Positions 27,440 through 36,227 of a DNA stretch of 41,781 nucleotides are shown here, piece after piece. The translations under genes were made by a program, and so were the position numbers. Positions within the stretch are counted from its first letter, which is position 1. Every line of letters begins with the position of its first letter. Under the pieces are notes generated by a model, which was not told the DNA's origin, made no database searches, and saw only the letters and a program-made list of their open reading frames with translations. The DNA comes from an uncultured Pseudomonadota bacterium. Its GTDB lineage: Bacteria; Myxococcota_A; Polyangia; Fen-1088. Location of the stretch: NCBI GenBank assembly GCA_963847705.1, contig CAWKBC010000009.1:1-41781 (forward strand). Direction: 5' to 3'.

Positions 27440-28531
27440 GTGTCGGCCCGGAACGCGCGCCCCCGCGCGCTGGTGGTGGTTGTCCTGACGAGCGCGCTCG
27501 TGCTGCCCGCGGCCGCGGGCGGCTGCGGCGGAACGCTGCAGGTCACCAAGCTGGGCGCCTCGGCGCAGCGGCCGGCCAATGTGGCCCTCTTCCTGAGCGT
27601 CATGGACAAGGCGGGGCAGCCGGTGGGCGGATTGGCGCTGGCGAACTTCCGCGTCTACGAAGACAAGAAGCTGATCTCCGAAACCAAGGGGAAGCGGGCG
27701 CTGCTCGACACGGGGATCGCCAGCTCGCGCTCTTCGCTGCTGCTGATCGACCTGAGTGGCCCGATGGTCGACTCGGAGGATCTCCCCGAGCTGGCCAAGG
27801 CGGTGGGGCAGTTCGTCGACAAGGTCGGCGCCAGCCAGAGCGTCGCCGTCAGCGTGTTCGACGGCGGCGACGAGGTGGCGCCGCTGTTCGGCTTTGGCGC
27901 CAACATGGAGACGGCGAAAGTGATCGAGGCGGTGCGGAAGTTCCGGCCGCGCAACCGCAACACCAACCTGAACGGCGCGGTCTTTCAGGGGCTCGCCGCG
28001 CTCAAGGAGCAGCTGGCGCAGGCGACCACGCCTGAAAAGGGGGCCTCGCTGGTGGTGTTCACCGACCGTGGCGATCTGGCCCACAGCGTGAATCCGTCGG
28101 TGCTCGAGCAGGCGCTCAAGGACGCGCCGGTCGACGTCTACGTGATCGCCACCGGCGAGAAGGTCAGCCGCCCGGAGATTGCGGCCATCGGCCACAGCGG
28201 GATCTTCATCTCCAACGACCCCAAGGCCTTCAAGAAGGGGTTCGACCAGGTGACCACCAAGCTGGCCACCACCAGCGACGGCCGCTACATCTTCTCCTAC
28301 TGCACGCCCAAGCGAAGAGGGGACCACAAGCTGCGGCTGGAGATCGCGGTCCCGGGCGACACCGGCGATCTCACCTACGAATTCAGCGCCGAAAGCTTCA
28401 AGGCCGGTTGCTCCCCCCAAAAGCGCCCCAGCTTCAGCGCGCTGACCGCGGCCCAGAGATCGAAGCCCGCGGCGCCAGGTGCCGAAGCGGCGGCCGACGA
28501 CGGGGACGATCAGGGCTCAGGAGGCCACTAG
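27440..28531 (+). CDS. vWA-domain lipoprotein
   Basis: Lipobox AGGC. NFRVYED, LLIDLSG, TNLNGAV and VVFTD (degenerate MIDAS). A TATTCT box 7 nt before GTG 27440 supports this start. Confidence 0.75.
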   Translation: MSARNARPRALVVVVLTSALVLPAAAGGCGGTLQVTKLGASAQRPANVALFLSVMDKAGQPVGGLALANFRVYEDKKLISETKGKRALLDTGIASSRSSLLLIDLSGPMVDSEDLPELAKAVGQFVDKVGASQSVAVSVFDGGDEVAPLFGFGANMETAKVIEAVRKFRPRNRNTNLNGAVFQGLAALKEQLAQATTPEKGASLVVFTDRGDLAHSVNPSVLEQALKDAPVDVYVIATGEKVSRPEIAAIGHSGIFISNDPKAFKKGFDQVTTKLATTSDGRYIFSYCTPKRRGDHKLRLEIAVPGDTGDLTYEFSAESFKAGCSPQKRPSFSALTAAQRSKPAAPGAEAAADDGDDQGSGGH

Positions 28532-29458
28532 AAAGCTGGCCAGATCGGCCTCGCTGACGGTGGGCTCGCCCATCGCCACGTCGTCGAGCTTGCCCGCGAG
28601 CATCCAGCTCTCGAGCTCGCTGACCAGCGCGAACAGGTGGTCGAAGGAATCGACGACGTAGAGGCGGGGCTGGTAGTGATCGATCTCGAACGGCTGGTTG
28701 ACCACCTCGCCGATCTCGAACGGCCGCCGTTCGACCTCGGGCGCGTCGATGGCGTTGGCGATCTCGCCGAACGAGGAGAGGAGCCCGCTGCCGTAAACCT
28801 TGAGCGCGCCGGCGCTGTCGCCGGGCGCGTGCCGCATCAGCCCGAACTCCACGCTGAACCAGAAGAAGCGCGACATCGCCCGGATGTTGCTGGTGAGGCG
28901 ATGCAACCGCTCGCGCTGATCGCGGACGGCGGTCGCCCGCTGGGCGGCGGCCGCGGCGCAGGTCCCGAAGCGGACCAGCGCGGCGGCGAAGGCCTGGTCG
29001 GTGTGCATGGGGACGTGACCGGCCACGTCGTGGAAGATGTCCGGCTCGGGGAGGTACTCCAGCCGTTCTCCGTCGCGGATGGTGACGGTGGTGGGAAACT
29101 CGCGCCGGCGCAGGCAGTCGAAGAAGACGTACGACGGCACGTAGCCGCTGACGGCCCGGGCGCGGAACCCGGTGAGCGGCTGCATGAACCGGTTGATGTC
29201 GTCGAGGTGCGGGATGCGCGCCGCCGAGAGCTGCAGCTTGTCCATCCCTTCGAGAAAACGTCGGTTGGCGTAGCGCGCCCACGGATCGTGCATCCGCTCG
29301 AGCAGCCGTCCCCAGGTGGCCTGGTTCTCCTCCGAGTAGAGCTCGTACGGCTGATCGATGATGTAGATCTCGCCGTGGGCGCGGGCCTCCTCGATGAAGG
29401 GCGCCCTGGTGGTGGTCAGGTCCGGCGGACGTGCCGCCGGTTTGGGGGCGAGAGCCAC
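28517..29458 (-). CDS. phhA: phenylalanine 4-monooxygenase (biopterin-dependent aromatic amino acid hydroxylase)
   Basis: YLPEPDIFHDVAGHVPM (iron His ligands), FWFSVEFGL (Glu ligand) and YGSGLLSSFGE. Confidence 0.92.
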   Translation of the reverse strand: MALAPKPAARPPDLTTTRAPFIEEARAHGEIYIIDQPYELYSEENQATWGRLLERMHDPWARYANRRFLEGMDKLQLSAARIPHLDDINRFMQPLTGFRARAVSGYVPSYVFFDCLRRREFPTTVTIRDGERLEYLPEPDIFHDVAGHVPMHTDQAFAAALVRFGTCAAAAAQRATAVRDQRERLHRLTSNIRAMSRFFWFSVEFGLMRHAPGDSAGALKVYGSGLLSSFGEIANAIDAPEVERRPFEIGEVVNQPFEIDHYQPRLYVVDSFDHLFALVSELESWMLAGKLDDVAMGEPTVSEADLASFLVAS

Positions 29459-29702
29459 GTCTCCCAGATCATAACGGCAAAAAATGGCCTTGGCTGGAGG
29501 CTGGGCCGGCTTCGTGACCTCAGCCGGCTGAAAACTTCCGCCCGGCGGGGGCTTTTCGTCCCTCGGATGACCCGGAGCGGCACGACCCGCCCGGCGAGAG
29601 CCGCTGGCCCGTCGTGGTATTGTGGGACCTCACCGTCGGGAGCTCGACGGTCTGGCCTATGCAGTGGCAGCGGGAAGCCTGCCAAAGAAGGAAGCCTCGC
29701 TT

Positions 29703-31000
29703 ATGAAGACGAACCTCCTGGTACGGGGCGCGCGATTCCGTTCCGCCGCCTGTGCGTCGTTGCTCGCGCTCGCCGCCTGCAGCTCATCGTCGTTGGGTTC
29801 CCCGTCGGGCGCCGGCGGCACCGGCCCAGGACGTGACGGCTCCGCCTCGGGGGGGGCCGGTCCGGGCGGCGGCGGCGCCACCGGCAGCGGCGGCGCCAGC
29901 GGCGGTCACGGTGGCGCCACCGGCAGCGGCGGCGCCAGCGGCGGTCACGGCGGCGCCACGGTCATCGACGCCGCGGCCGACGGGCCGGTGACGGCGCTCA
30001 ATCCGGTGGCCACCCACGGCCAGCTGAAGGTGGTCGGCACGCAGCTTCAGGATCAATCGGGCCAGCCGGTGCAGCTGAAGGGCGTCAGCAGCCAGTGGCT
30101 GAACCTCGAGAGCAAGACCTTCCCCGAGAGCAAGGCGGCCATTCAATACGCGCGCGACCACTGGAAGCTGTCGGTCATCCGCGCCGCGATGGGCGTCGAT
30201 ACCTCGGGCGGCTACCTGGGGACCGGCACCGGGGCCAACGCCAACCAGGCGGGGATGCTGTCCAAGGTGAACACCATCGTCCAGAACGCGATCGACCTCG
30301 GCATCTACGTGATCGTCGACTGGCACACCAGCGACGCCGTCACCTCCAAGGGGACGACCACCCAGGCGACGCAAGCCTCGGCCTTCTTCACCCAGATCGC
30401 CACGCAGTACGGGACATCTCCCAACGTGATCTACGAGCCGATTACAACGAGCCGACCGCAAGGCGTGACCTGGGCGCAGATCAAGCCGTACCACGAGGCG
30501 GTGATGGCCGCGATCCGCGCCGTCGACAGCGACAACCTGATCGTGCTCGGCACGCCGACCTGGTCGCAGGACGTCGACCTGGCGGCGGCCGATCCGCTGA
30601 CCGGGACCAACCTGCTCTACACGCTGCACTTCTACGCCTGCACGCACGGTCAGGCGCTGATCGACAAGGCCAACACGGCGCTCTCCTGGGGCTGCCGCTG
30701 TTCGTGACCGAGTTCGGCGCCACCCCCGCCGACGGCGGCGTGACGAAGAGCGGCGACAACGACGTCTGCGAGCCGGAGACCAACGTCTGGTTCGCCTGGA
30801 TGGCCCAGAACAACATCAGCGGCGCGTCGTGGAAGCTCGATCAGTGCACCGACTCGAGCTGCATCCTCACCGCCGACGCACCGGTCGACGGCCCCTGGAC
30901 CGACAACTACCTCACCCAGGACACCGGCGGCACGCCCATCGACGGCGGCGAGAAGGGCGGCGGCCACGGCCAGTTCGTCGTCAACTGGATGCGCGAGTAG
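29703..31000 (+). CDS. glycoside hydrolase family 5 endoglucanase, lipoprotein; frameshifted
   Basis: Lipobox LAAC, Gly linker, VQLKGVSSQW, IRAAMGV, YVIVDWH, GTPTWSQDVD and YTLHFYA. The catalytic YNEP (~30443) and FVTEFG (~30701) motifs lie in a different frame. Confidence 0.82.
29871..29959 (+). repeat. 39-bp tandem repeat (2.3 copies) encoding the GGATGSGGASGGH linker
   Basis: GGYGGCGCCACCGGCAGCGGCGGCGCCAGCGGCGGTCAC at 29871 and 29910. Confidence 0.85.
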
Positions 31001-31041
31001 TCCGGACTGGGCGATTCTCGCCGTCGTCGACCACCGCTCTG

Positions 31042-32763
31042 TCAGCGGCAGCGCACCGGGCGTGGACCCGGGTAGGCGATGCGGGGGTGTACCGGATCGA
31101 AGAGCGTGGCATCGTCGGGAGCCAGGGGCGTCTTGCGGGCGCGCAGCAAGTCGGCCATCGCGTCGCGGATGGGCGGACCGTCGTCCAGCTTGGCGCGCTC
31201 CTTGGTCTCCGCCGAGAAGAGACCGTCGCCGCCGGTGGCCAGGAAGTCGCTGGTGACCAGCGTCAGGCGGGCCTTGGGGGCGATCGGTCGGCCGCCGGAG
31301 CGGAAGAGGGTGACCGCCAAGGTGCCGTCCTTGCAGCGCGCCTCGGCGCGAACGCCGGAGAGCGAGATGATTCCATTGTCGCGTTCGAGGTTGCGTGCGA
31401 CGGCGTCGCTCAGCTCGGCGCCGGTGACCGGAATCGTCGCGAAGCGGTTGTCGAACGGGGCGGCCTCGAACAGCTGGCCGTAGGTGAGAGGCCCGGCCGG
31501 CAGATCGGCGCGCAGGCCACCGCCGTTGGTGAGGGCGACGTCGGCGCCGGGGCGCGCGGCCCGCATCAGATCGGCGAACAGGTTGCCGAGCGGCGACTCG
31601 ACCTTCTGCGCGCGCTTGATCGGCGCCGCCACCGCCAGGCCCAGCTTCTGCTCCCGTTGCGCGCGGGCCGCCTCGAGCGCGGGGGCGATGGCCGCCGCGA
31701 CGGCGGCGTCGGGCACCACGGGCGCCCCTTCGTACGATTCACCCCCGCAGCGCTCGGGCGCGCAGATCCGCTGCGGCGGGAAGATCCGCGCGTCGATCGC
31801 CCGGCCGCTCGCGCGATCGACCGTCAGGTCGATCCGGCTGAAGTCGTGTCCGTTGGCGAAAGCCTCGACGATGGGGATGCCGGAGACGCGGTGGGCGACC
31901 CCCTCGTGGGTATGCCCGGCCACGATGGCGTCGACCACACCGCCGCTGGCGGTCAGGTCGCGCGCCACCTGAAAGATCTCGCCATCGGCCTCGCAGGAGT
32001 CGAAGTGCTCGGGCTCGTCGAAGCGCTTGCAGACACCGCCCGCGTGGGCGACGGCGACCACCACGGTCGCGCCTCTGCGGTGAAGGTCTGCCGCGGCCGC
32101 CGCGATCGCCGGCGCCAGCGGCTTCATCGCCAGGCCGGCGAAGTTGGCGGCCAGGGTGGTGCGCGGCGTGCTGGTGGTGGCCACGCCGACGACGCCAACC
32201 TTGATCCCGGCCACGTCGAGCAAGACGTCGGGGACGATGTTCTTCCAGGCAGGCGGGGCGCCGGTCGCCACGTCGACCAGATTGGCGTCGAGGAAGGGGA
32301 AGGAGGCCTCCGCGGCCCGGGCGCGCAGGGCTCCGCGCGGATCGTCGCCCGGCGTCGTGCCCGGGTGCTTGGCGATCACCTCCGGACCGACGGGACCGAA
32401 GTCGAACTCGTGGTTGCCGAGCGCGGCGGCGGCGTAGCCGAGGGCGTTGTAGGCACGGACGACCGCGGCCCCCTCCGTGAGGTTGGAGGGGAGCGTCCCC
32501 TGGAACATGTCGCCGGCGTCGACGAGCAGGACGGCGCCACCGTCGCGGGCGCGCGCGCGGCGCAGGTTGGCGAGATAGCCGCCGAAGGGGGGGAGCGTCT
32601 CGATCCGTCCGTGCAGATCGTTGGTGCCGACCAGCGAGATCGTCACGCGCGCGGGCGGCGCGGGCACCGCGGCGGGCGAGGGAGACCCGTCACGGCGGCA
32701 GCCAGGGGCGGCTGTGGCGGCCAGCGCCAGCAGCGCGCCGACTAGGTTTCGGGGGTTTCCCAA
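31042..32763 (-). CDS. bifunctional metallophosphatase / 5'-nucleotidase, lipoprotein
   Basis: TNDLHG, DAGDMFQG, GNHEFDFG, AGHTH, NGGGLRA, PFDN and FLATGGDG. Confidence 0.92.
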   Translation of the reverse strand: MGNPRNLVGALLALAATAAPGCRRDGSPSPAAVPAPPARVTISLVGTNDLHGRIETLPPFGGYLANLRRARARDGGAVLLVDAGDMFQGTLPSNLTEGAAVVRAYNALGYAAAALGNHEFDFGPVGPEVIAKHPGTTPGDDPRGALRARAAEASFPFLDANLVDVATGAPPAWKNIVPDVLLDVAGIKVGVVGVATTSTPRTTLAANFAGLAMKPLAPAIAAAAADLHRRGATVVVAVAHAGGVCKRFDEPEHFDSCEADGEIFQVARDLTASGGVVDAIVAGHTHEGVAHRVSGIPIVEAFANGHDFSRIDLTVDRASGRAIDARIFPPQRICAPERCGGESYEGAPVVPDAAVAAAIAPALEAARAQREQKLGLAVAAPIKRAQKVESPLGNLFADLMRAARPGADVALTNGGGLRADLPAGPLTYGQLFEAAPFDNRFATIPVTGAELSDAVARNLERDNGIISLSGVRAEARCKDGTLAVTLFRSGGRPIAPKARLTLVTSDFLATGGDGLFSAETKERAKLDDGPPIRDAMADLLRARKTPLAPDDATLFDPVHPRIAYPGPRPVRCR

Positions 32764-33752
32764 CGGCCGCTCATGGTCGATCGGTAGAGCGCCTCGAGGA
32801 CCGCGGTGTTCTTCACCGAATCCTCGAGCGGGACAGGCGCCGGGCCGGCGCCGGCGGCGGCGCGCGCGAACGAGGCGACCAGGACCGCGTACTGATCGAC
32901 GGCGTCGAACGACCGGCGCTCCGCGCTGGGTTTCTCCAGCACTGGGCTCGTCTCCAGCGTGAGCTCCGACGGGCGATCGCTCGGCGGCGTCCAGGCGATC
33001 GGGAGGTCCAGGTTCCCCTTGGTCCCGAGCAGCAGCGCGCGCTGCGTCGGTCCCAGCTCCATCCCACAGGTCAGCGTGGCCTGCCCGCTCGGGAACTCCA
33101 GCAGCGCGCTCGACAGCACGTCGACCCCATCGTGGTCGGAGAGCACCGCGCGCGCCAGGACGGCGACGGGCTCAGCTTCGAAGCAGAAGCGACTCATGGT
33201 CACCGGGTAGAACCCGGTGTCGTAGAGAACGCCGCCCCCCATCGCCGGTTCATAGCGGATGTCGTTCGGGTCCGACAGGGTGTAGCCGAACGTGCCGATG
33301 AAGGCGCGCAGGTCGCCGATCTGCCCCGCGCGCAGGAGCTCGCGGGCGGCGTGCCAGCGGGGCTGCACGCGCACCATGGCCGCCTCACAGATCACCACGC
33401 CGGTCCGATCGCGCGCGGCGATCAGGCGGCGCGCCTCGGCCGCGCTGGTGGCGATCGGCTTTTCGCACAAGACATGCTTGCCGGCGTCGGCGGCGCGCTC
33501 GGACCAGGGGACGTGGAGATGGTTCGGCAGCGGGATGTAGACGGCGTCGATGTCGGGGTCGGCCAGCAGCGCCTCGTAGGAGGCGTGCGATTTGGCGATG
33601 CCCTGCGCGCGCGCCAGCTCCGCAGCCCGGGCACCGTCGCGCGAGGCGATCGCCGCCACCTCGACGTCCGGCACCATCCGCATCGCGGGGAGCATCCGCC
33701 GGAGCGCAAACCGCGACCCGCCCAGGATCCCAAAGCGCAACATGCGGCCCAT
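32742..33752 (-). CDS. Gfo/Idh/MocA-family oxidoreductase
   Basis: LRFGILG, DAVYIPLPNHLH, GKHVLCEKP and GGGVLYDTGFY. Confidence 0.92.
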   Translation of the reverse strand: MGRMLRFGILGGSRFALRRMLPAMRMVPDVEVAAIASRDGARAAELARAQGIAKSHASYEALLADPDIDAVYIPLPNHLHVPWSERAADAGKHVLCEKPIATSAAEARRLIAARDRTGVVICEAAMVRVQPRWHAARELLRAGQIGDLRAFIGTFGYTLSDPNDIRYEPAMGGGVLYDTGFYPVTMSRFCFEAEPVAVLARAVLSDHDGVDVLSSALLEFPSGQATLTCGMELGPTQRALLLGTKGNLDLPIAWTPPSDRPSELTLETSPVLEKPSAERRSFDAVDQYAVLVASFARAAAGAGPAPVPLEDSVKNTAVLEALYRSTMSGRWETPET

Positions 33753-33764
33753 AGATTAGTAGAT

Positions 33765-33834
33765 CGCGTGAGGGAGGGCGAGCTTTGCTCGACCGAGCTC
33801 ATGGCGGGGGGCGCGGGACCCTCTGAGGGTCCCG
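33765..33834 (-). repeat. REP-like two-hairpin intergenic element, copy 2 (inverted)
   Basis: The reverse complement aligns to copy 1 with about 10 differences in 71 positions. It begins right after the glgC2 stop. Confidence 0.8.
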
Positions 33835-33835
33835 C

Positions 33836-35089
33836 CTAGATCGTCACGTTGTCGAGGATGATGCCGTTCTTGGGGACGATGACGATCCCCTCACGGATGA
33901 AGTAGCCGTCGCCGTCCTTCTCCTTGATCCCGGCCTCGTTGACGATCCGGACGTTGCTGCCGATGCGCGCGTTCTTGTCGATGATGGCGTTCTCGATCAC
34001 CGTCTTCGATCCGATCCCCACCGCCGGGATGCCGCGGGCGATGGTCGCCTCCATGTCGGCCAGCGTCTCGTAGAAGTCGGCGCCGATGAGCAGGCTGTTG
34101 CGAATGCGGCACTGGGCGCCGATGCGGCTGCGGATGCCGACGATGGCGCGATCGATCTCGGCCCCGTGCATGATGCACCCCTCGGAGATGAGCGCGTTGT
34201 GGATGTTGCAGCGCTCGAGCTTGGAGGCGGGCAAGAATCGCGGGTGCGTGTAGACGGGGTGATCCTCGTCGTAGAAATCAAACGGCGGGATCGCCTCGCA
34301 CAGCGCCAGGTTGGCCTGGAAGTACGACTGGATCGTCCCCACGTCCTCCCAGTAGCCGCGGTAGACGTGCGCCTGCACCCGCTGGCGGGGAACCGCGTCG
34401 GGGATGACGTGCCGGCCGAAGTCGACCAGCCGCGGGCTGGCCAGCGACTGCTCCAGCACCTCGCGCTTGAACAGGTAGATGCCCATCGAGGCCAGGTGTC
34501 CCTGCGCGCCGCCGGGGAGATCGGAGAGCAGCGCCGGCAGACGATCGGCGGGCGGCTTCTCGTCGAAGTGGACGATCCGTCCGGTGGCGTCCATCTTGAG
34601 GATGCCGAACGCCCCGGCCTGTTCGGGGGAGACCGGGATGACCGCCACGGTGGCGTCGGCGCCGCTCTCGCGGTGGGTCTTGATCATCTCCCGGTAGTCC
34701 ATGTTGTAGAGCTGATCGCCGGAGAGAATCAGCAGGTCGCGGCCGGTCGTGCGCCGCATGTGGCGCAGGCTCTGGCGGACGGCGTCGGCGGTCCCCTGGA
34801 ACCAGTTGCCCCCTTCTTCGGTCTGCTCGGCGGCCAGCACGCTGACGAAGCCCGACGAGAAGACGTCGAACTTGTAGGTGAACGCGACGTGCTTGTTGAG
34901 GCTCTCCGAGTTGAACTGCGTGAGCACGAAGATCTTGCGCACGTTGGCGTTCAGGCAGTTGCTGATCGGAATGTCGATGAGGCGATACTTGCCGCCGATC
35001 GGAACCGCCGGTTTCGATCGTTTGAACGTGAGCGGAAAGAGGCGCGTGCCGCGTCCGCCACCGAGGATGATCGCCAACACGTCGTCCAT
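33836..35089 (-). CDS. glgC: glucose-1-phosphate adenylyltransferase (paralog 2, cyanobacteria/plant-like motifs)
   Basis: ILGGGRGTRLFPLT.KRSKPAVPIGGKYRLIDIPISNCLN, LTQFNS.SLNKH, WFQGTADAVRQ, SGDQLY, FDEKP and IIDKNARIG. Confidence 0.95.
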   Translation of the reverse strand: MDDVLAIILGGGRGTRLFPLTFKRSKPAVPIGGKYRLIDIPISNCLNANVRKIFVLTQFNSESLNKHVAFTYKFDVFSSGFVSVLAAEQTEEGGNWFQGTADAVRQSLRHMRRTTGRDLLILSGDQLYNMDYREMIKTHRESGADATVAVIPVSPEQAGAFGILKMDATGRIVHFDEKPPADRLPALLSDLPGGAQGHLASMGIYLFKREVLEQSLASPRLVDFGRHVIPDAVPRQRVQAHVYRGYWEDVGTIQSYFQANLALCEAIPPFDFYDEDHPVYTHPRFLPASKLERCNIHNALISEGCIMHGAEIDRAIVGIRSRIGAQCRIRNSLLIGADFYETLADMEATIARGIPAVGIGSKTVIENAIIDKNARIGSNVRIVNEAGIKEKDGDGYFIREGIVIVPKNGIILDNVTI

Positions 35090-35122
35090 CCGCGGGAGTG
35101 TATATCCACCGGCCGCGGCCCG

Positions 35123-36208
35123 CTATTTTGCGGCGGCCGTTTGGGGCCTCCTCTTACGCTGGACCATCACCGTCACCTCGTTTTTGTTGTGGGCCAGCTG
35201 CTTGACGCGCGCGAAGCTCGGCCTTAGGCGCGCGAAGAGCCCCTCCAGCTCGGCGAGGATGCCATAGCCGGCGCGCCCCTTGAATTTCACCGTCACCACC
35301 AGGTTCTGACAGAGCCCGCCGGAGAGCCAGGTGTCGCACAGCGCCAGGCTGCGCGGCGGCTCGCAAACGACGTCGCAGACCAGCCAGTCGACCGGCGCCG
35401 CGGGGACGTAGGTGAAGGCGTTTCCGATCACCGTCGTGACCAGCGGGTGGCGTGCCAGGGGCGGCGCCAGCGGGGCGCGATCGACCGCCACCACGCGCGC
35501 GCCATGTTTGATCACCGTGGCGGTCCAGCCGCCGGGGGCGGCGCCCAGATCGACGCAGGTCTCTCCGGCCCGCGGCGCGGTGTCCATCCAGGCAAAGGCC
35601 TCCTCCAGTTTCTGGTAAGCCCGCGACGGTGGCGCGCGGTCGATGGTCACCGGCGCATCGCCGGCCGGCCAGCGCGCGAGGTCGAAGCCGCCTGCGGCGA
35701 GGGGGTGGGGAGCCGCCGCGGAGACGAGGAAGCGATCGCGCCCGAGCGCGACGAGCTGGACCAACAGCCAGCTTTCGTTGAACGGCTCGAAGGGCTCGAA
35801 CGGCTCGAACGCGCCGACCGTGCCGGCCGCGCTGTCGAGCGGGCGATGCCGGCGGAAGGCGCGGCGCCTGCGCGCGGCCAGCAGCGCCAGCAGCTCGCGG
35901 CCGACCAGCGCCGCGCGGCTGGCCAGCCCGGGCGGCGGCCCGGCGTGCGCCAGCGCGTGCAAGACGAAGGGTCCCGTCGAGCGATCGATCGTCGCTTCGA
36001 CGGCGGCGAAGATCGCTTCGGCCAGCGCGCGCACCGATGCCCCCTCGACGAGACGCGCGTCCGGCAGCGCCTGCCGGGCGAAGATCGGATCGATGTCACG
36101 GTCGGACCCCACGACGCCGGGCCCGAGCTCCGTCGCCCTTGCGCCGCCGCGCGCGAGCTCCTCGGCCAGCGCCGGCTCCGATCCAGCCGAGCAGAGAAAC
36201 GCGCGCAC
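35123..36208 (-). CDS. rlmM: RlmM-like 23S rRNA 2'-O-methyltransferase (FtsJ domain)
   Basis: PPSRAYQKLEEA, VDLGAAPGGWT, VAVDRA, DWLVCD and QLAHNKNEVTV. GTG start at 36208. Confidence 0.75.
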   Translation of the reverse strand: MRAFLCSAGSEPALAEELARGGARATELGPGVVGSDRDIDPIFARQALPDARLVEGASVRALAEAIFAAVEATIDRSTGPFVLHALAHAGPPPGLASRAALVGRELLALLAARRRRAFRRHRPLDSAAGTVGAFEPFEPFEPFNESWLLVQLVALGRDRFLVSAAAPHPLAAGGFDLARWPAGDAPVTIDRAPPSRAYQKLEEAFAWMDTAPRAGETCVDLGAAPGGWTATVIKHGARVVAVDRAPLAPPLARHPLVTTVIGNAFTYVPAAPVDWLVCDVVCEPPRSLALCDTWLSGGLCQNLVVTVKFKGRAGYGILAELEGLFARLRPSFARVKQLAHNKNEVTVMVQRKRRPQTAAAK

Positions 36209-36227
36209 CGAGTTCGCTCTGGCGGCC

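Noticed and set aside
29871-29959. 39-bp repeats as a CRISPR array
   Set aside because: The copies are directly tandem with no spacers, encode an in-frame Gly linker, and have no cas genes nearby.
35781-35811. 9-bp triplication encoding FEPFEPFEP in the rlmM-like gene
   Set aside because: An in-frame micro-duplication in a probable loop, with no evidence of function.
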